A DNA stretch of 63,675 nucleotides, the filler included, from Rhabdomonas costata (taxonomy: Eukaryota): NCBI GenBank assembly GCA_019059605.1. It is 43 parts of 43 records of this genome, joined end to end, with 100 filler letters (N's around TTAATTAATTAA, not from the genome) between each part and the next. Parts side by side here need not be neighbours in the genome. Positions count along the whole stretch, not along the records: positions 59,328 to 60,710 come from JAHMHO010017583.1; positions 60,811 to 62,193 come from JAHMHO010017584.1; positions 62,294 to 63,675 come from JAHMHO010017585.1; 40 more parts are not named here. One strand, written 5' to 3'. Below the pieces are notes generated by a model. That model saw nothing but the letters and a program-made list of their open reading frames with translations. It was not told the DNA's origin and made no database searches. The translations under genes were made by a program, and so were the position numbers. This document shows, piece after piece, positions 59,790-63,675 of this stretch. Each line of letters opens with the position of its first letter. Position 1 is the first letter of the stretch.

Positions 59790-60592
59790 GCTGATGGTGG
59801 CGAGCATGCACGCCGAGCTGGAGTCCAAGGAGCAGGCCTTTCAGGTGGCGCGGCAAGGCTGGGGCGACCTGGTAGCCAACCTCGAGAGGCAGATCCACGA
59901 GGACGGGCTCTCGCGAGAGGCCGAGCGCAGGTTCCCTCCTTTGAGTGTTTCATGTTGTGTTTCTGAGGAAATTCCTGTTGTTTGGCTGTTGTGGAAAGAG
60001 CACATCCAGTGGCAAAAGCCACGAGCACATAATCATATTTCTGGCTTCCAGTGTTTTCTGCTTGCAAGTGCTGACGACGGAGGTGGCGCTGTGCCAACTC
60101 GGCTGAGACAGTCAAAGGAGAAAAGGAATTATGAGAATTTTCTGGCTCAGAAGATGTAATCAGCTAACTGACTGGTGGACGATGGAGATCACCACACCCC
60201 TACTAATCCTGTTTCCTCTTCCTTGGTTGATCTGGTTGGTGTCGGAGGCCGTTTCGGGTCCCCCCCACCCTCCGGGCTGACCACCGGGTTGTTATGTCTG
60301 ACCCACAGACTGTGGCAAAGCAAAGTATGGCTGCTGGAGCAGCAGCAGCAGAAGAAGAAGCCTGCCCCTCGTCCCACCCGTACCCACGGCCGCCACATTT
60401 CTGAGTCCGGCGATTCTCGCCGCCGCGTTGGGGCCACAATCTCCGCGGGCCAGCTTCCCGAAGAGAAGCCTGCGCGGCCACCGCAAGCACCGCACGGCGA
60501 GCCGGGAAGCCCCTCTGGAAGCTCGGAGAGCGTGGGTGGGGTGTGCACGGACAGCGTGCTGCTTCGGGAGTGCCCGCTGGATGAGCCCCTCG
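59790..60592 (+). CDS. Hypothetical coiled-coil/low-complexity protein, two exons
   Basis: Exons 59790-59930 and 60309-~60592 join in phase 2 across a GT-AG intron. Confidence 0.6.
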
Positions 60593-61177
60593 GTACTATT
60601 GTGCTCCACCACCAAAGGGAAGATCCAAATTATGAAAGCGGTGTGAAATGAACTTGGAATGGAAGGATCCCCCCCTGCGGGTGAAAACACGACCCAAACA
60701 CACCCACCACNNNNNNNNNNNNNNNNNNNNNNNNNNNNNNNNNNNNNNNNNNNNTTAATTAATTAANNNNNNNNNNNNNNNNNNNNNNNNNNNNNNNNNN
60801 NNNNNNNNNNGGTGTGTGGTGACTTTGGGGGAAGTGGGGATGTACTTTCCGCTCAGCATTCCTCCTGCCGAGCCGGTACGGTCCATTTTGTTTGTGTGAA
60901 ATCAAGGTTGGGAGAACGCATTCGTGGGCATTTGGCCAAGACGACGAAGAAGAAGTTGGTAAGCGTAGGTATTCATAGAAAGTGGTATGCCCCCCCCCCC
61001 GCCACTAGGGAAAGCTTCTTCCGCCTGCCAGGTTTTATTCTTTGACTTAGGGACAGTTGTGTCTTTTTGTTCGTGTTTGTATGAGGGTCCCGTTCCTCTC
61101 TCTGCTCCTCTAATGGCTAGTCTGTTTGGAACTCTTGTTTGCCAAATGTTTGCACTTGTTTGCGGGCGGCGATGCAG

Positions 61178-61349
61178 GGTGCCGAGACTCGCCCACTGCG
61201 CACCACCCCAAGCCCCGAGGAGATGCTGTTGGCTCTGCAGCTGGACCACGCCACCCGCCGCCTGCGGCAGCGGCTGCAGCCCGCAGCTGTGCAAAACGCC
61301 ACCCCTTCTGACAGCCTTGGGTCGGGTTCCACGGCGGAGCCTGTTTCAG
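61178..61349 (+). CDS. Probable exon, unknown protein
   Basis: GC-rich open frame between cag and gtgtgc. Confidence 0.4.
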
Positions 61350-62840
61350 GTGTGCAGAGCTCTTACCGTGTGGTCCTGCATCATCTCGACTGTATTCCCT
61401 TCCCCTGGCGATGCACGTGTCCCCGCTGAGATTCTTGTCAAGCGCACGCGTTGTTTTGGAGGGCAATCCGCATCTCCCCTAGTTTTTCCTAGCTGCCTTT
61501 TTGGGTGTGTCCAAACTCGGGAGACGGGGAGATAAAGGTACCTTGGTACCCCCTTTGGACTTGTTGTGTACGTCCAAGGCCATTTGAACTCAGCATTGTT
61601 GTGAAGTTGTGAAAAAAAAACGGCAAGCGCTTGTGGACGCCGCCCCGAACGGGTGAATCGTGGCTACCGTCTTCCACATTCGTTTCGTTGCGCACACCTT
61701 TGTTTTGCTTTCCACAAGGCCCATTTCATGTCATACCTGAGGTTTCAACACTTGCGTCATGCCACCGCGATCCAGCCCACTTCATGCGCCCTCACTATCC
61801 CGCTGCCCCCCACATTGGTTGTTTTCTGTTAGTTTTTCGTCTTTTCTAATCTGTCACCTTTCACCAGATGCTTTAATCCTAAACCTGCACACAGTCCTCT
61901 GTGAGGTTTCAACAATTGTGGGCAACCCTCTGTGATTTGAGTTAAGTTCTGAATTGGAGTTCTGAAGTTCTGAATCTTTCGCTGTTGGTTCGATTCTGCT
62001 TGGCAAAATAAGCAATTTCGCTTTTTTGTGCTGGGAAGGCTTTTGAATTTGGTAAGATTAACATGAAACGTACTAAACTTGCTGAATTGTGGTGACGCAG
62101 TGCCGTGGACCACCTACTGTACTACTGTTAATAACGTGTCGAGCGTGTAAGAAACTCATCAAATAGTGGGGGGTGATTTCGATCCAAAAAAAANNNNNNN
62201 NNNNNNNNNNNNNNNNNNNNNNNNNNNNNNNNNNNNNTTAATTAATTAANNNNNNNNNNNNNNNNNNNNNNNNNNNNNNNNNNNNNNNNNNNNGGGGGGT
62301 GGGAGGTGCAATGAGGGTATGGGAGGAGGAATGAGTCGGGTCTTGCTCTGCTAAGTGGCTCCTCGTGTGGGTCATCTCGCATCCCTGGAGCTCGTTGCTC
62401 CTCCCACCCCAGTCGGAAGGTGGGGCGTCCGCTACCGGGGGAAGGGTCCCCCGAGACTGCCCCCAGGACCTCTCTTGGTGAGCTTCCCAGTCCTGGGGTA
62501 GTTTGCAGACGACTGCCGTCAACCGGACGAGGCGTAGGGTTGTATGGGATTACCCGACGGTGGGAACGTCGTTGCACGGCCTTCTCCTTGAGGAGGATCC
62601 CGACCAACCGTCCCCGAAAGCGACAAACAGAGCACAAGGGGGGTTGTGAATGCTATGAGGACGGCGCTGTTTCGAGCACATACTCTCTTTCTCTGCGTTC
62701 GCTGGACCGTTCATCGATTTGCATACATTTGATGTGGCTCTGGTAGCTCTGATACCAAGTGTGGCAAAGCGTACTCCACAGTGCTTCACAAGTAAATGCG
62801 GGGCATTCGTGAATGACCTCACGAATGCTCTGTGCCTTAG

Positions 62841-63397
62841 ATTATTCGGGACGACCACGACCTCCTCATTGCACACTTCCTGGGGGTGGATCACGCTGGG
62901 CACCGACACGGGCCACTACACCCGGCGATGACGGCCAAGCTTGCCCAGCTGGAAGCTGTGCTCACGGAGGTCTACCGACGGATGCCTGCGGGCGCTGTCA
63001 TGATTGTGATCGGGGACCACGGAATGACCTCCGAGGGCAACCACGGGGGTGACTCTGCGGAGGAGGTGATGAGGGGGAGGGAAAATGTCACTTTTGCAGT
63101 GCCGACCGGGATTTGTGGACATGCTGCCTCTCAGCCCCAAATGACATAACAGCATCGTATTAAGGCATGGAACATGGCATGCTTCCATCCTGCTGTGCAC
63201 AGCTGAAGGGGGGTATGGAGGATTCCCACCCATGACCTGCTCAAGTTTTCTGCTTTCCATACCCCACAGAAAGGCAGTTTGTCTTGCGTGATGCAACTGT
63301 ATCAAAATTCTGAATGTGACTGACCTTCTAATCAAGGAATGGGCGGTGTCACAGGTGAATTCTGCCCTGTACTTCGCTTCACCGAAGGCTCTGCGGG
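62841..63397 (+). CDS. PIGO: GPI ethanolamine phosphate transferase 3 (PIG-O/Gpi13), partial
   Basis: Exon 62841-63065 (DLLIAHFLGVDHAGHRHGPLHPAM..IGDHGMTSEGNHGGDSAEE) and exon 63355-63397 (VNSALYFASP). Confidence 0.88.
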
Positions 63398-63675
63398 GTG
63401 AGCATCACGGTCAACTGTGGGCTCTGCTCAGAGATTTCACTGCCAGGTTTCTCTTACGCTCTCCTCCTCTCCAAACATTTCATACCATTCGTTGTGAAGT
63501 CCCGAAAAAAAAATATGAGAAGGACAATGGTGAAGTTCGAAGCCGAAACCCTAGACAAGCAAGGTTGAGGGATGGAAGTGCCTTCCATTTGTCGCAGAAG
63601 CCGTGAGCGCCAAGGGGAACGACCCTGCTGGAACGACCCCAACCAAGCCGCCACACACCCAACCACACCCAACAC

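Noticed and set aside
1385-62293. Regularly spaced TTAATTAATTAA 'repeat' (CRISPR-like periodicity), and ORFs running into X
   Set aside because: Artificial N-flanked contig linker, not biological. Gene neighbourhoods across it are meaningless.
1-63675. rRNA, tRNA, spliced-leader RNA genes, CRISPR arrays and prokaryotic operons
   Set aside because: None recognised by eye. tRNAscan-SE or Infernal would be needed to exclude divergent copies.

Overview
This window is not contiguous DNA. It is 43 unrelated contigs of about 1.38 kb joined by artificial 100-nt spacers (N44-TTAATTAATTAA-N44), so nothing can be inferred across a spacer. Most contigs are fragments of an intron-rich nuclear genome, with GC-rich exons, GT-AG introns and at least one well-supported GC-AG intron. 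The host is a flagellate, inferred to be a euglenozoan (euglenid or diplonemid). Recognisable genes include TM9SF, a P4-ATPase, a USP, a MAP2K-like kinase, delta/zeta-tubulin, a UPF1-like helicase, two adenylate-cyclase-type genes, a cNMP-binding domain, a PhzE-type anthranilate synthase, PUS10, TrhO, a PARP zinc finger, a ZIP transporter, a subtilase, PIG-O and a DIRS/TATE-type RT-RNase H. The most striking signal is in strongly G+T-skewed segments. Three of them (37630-38461, 38562-39945, 50441-51823) share a conserved non-coding block, and two of these also share AACCATGCTC repeats; a fourth (14839-15770) lacks both. Their G+T strand carries short, tightly packed pieces resembling different mitochondrial respiratory genes (cox3, nad7, nad5/2, nad4, nad3, atp6, nad4L), some readable only if TGA=Trp. 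This looks like a 'genes-in-pieces' mitochondrial genome that would need trans-splicing or editing. The protein assignments are by-eye alignments in low-complexity sequence and need HMM and RNA-seq confirmation.
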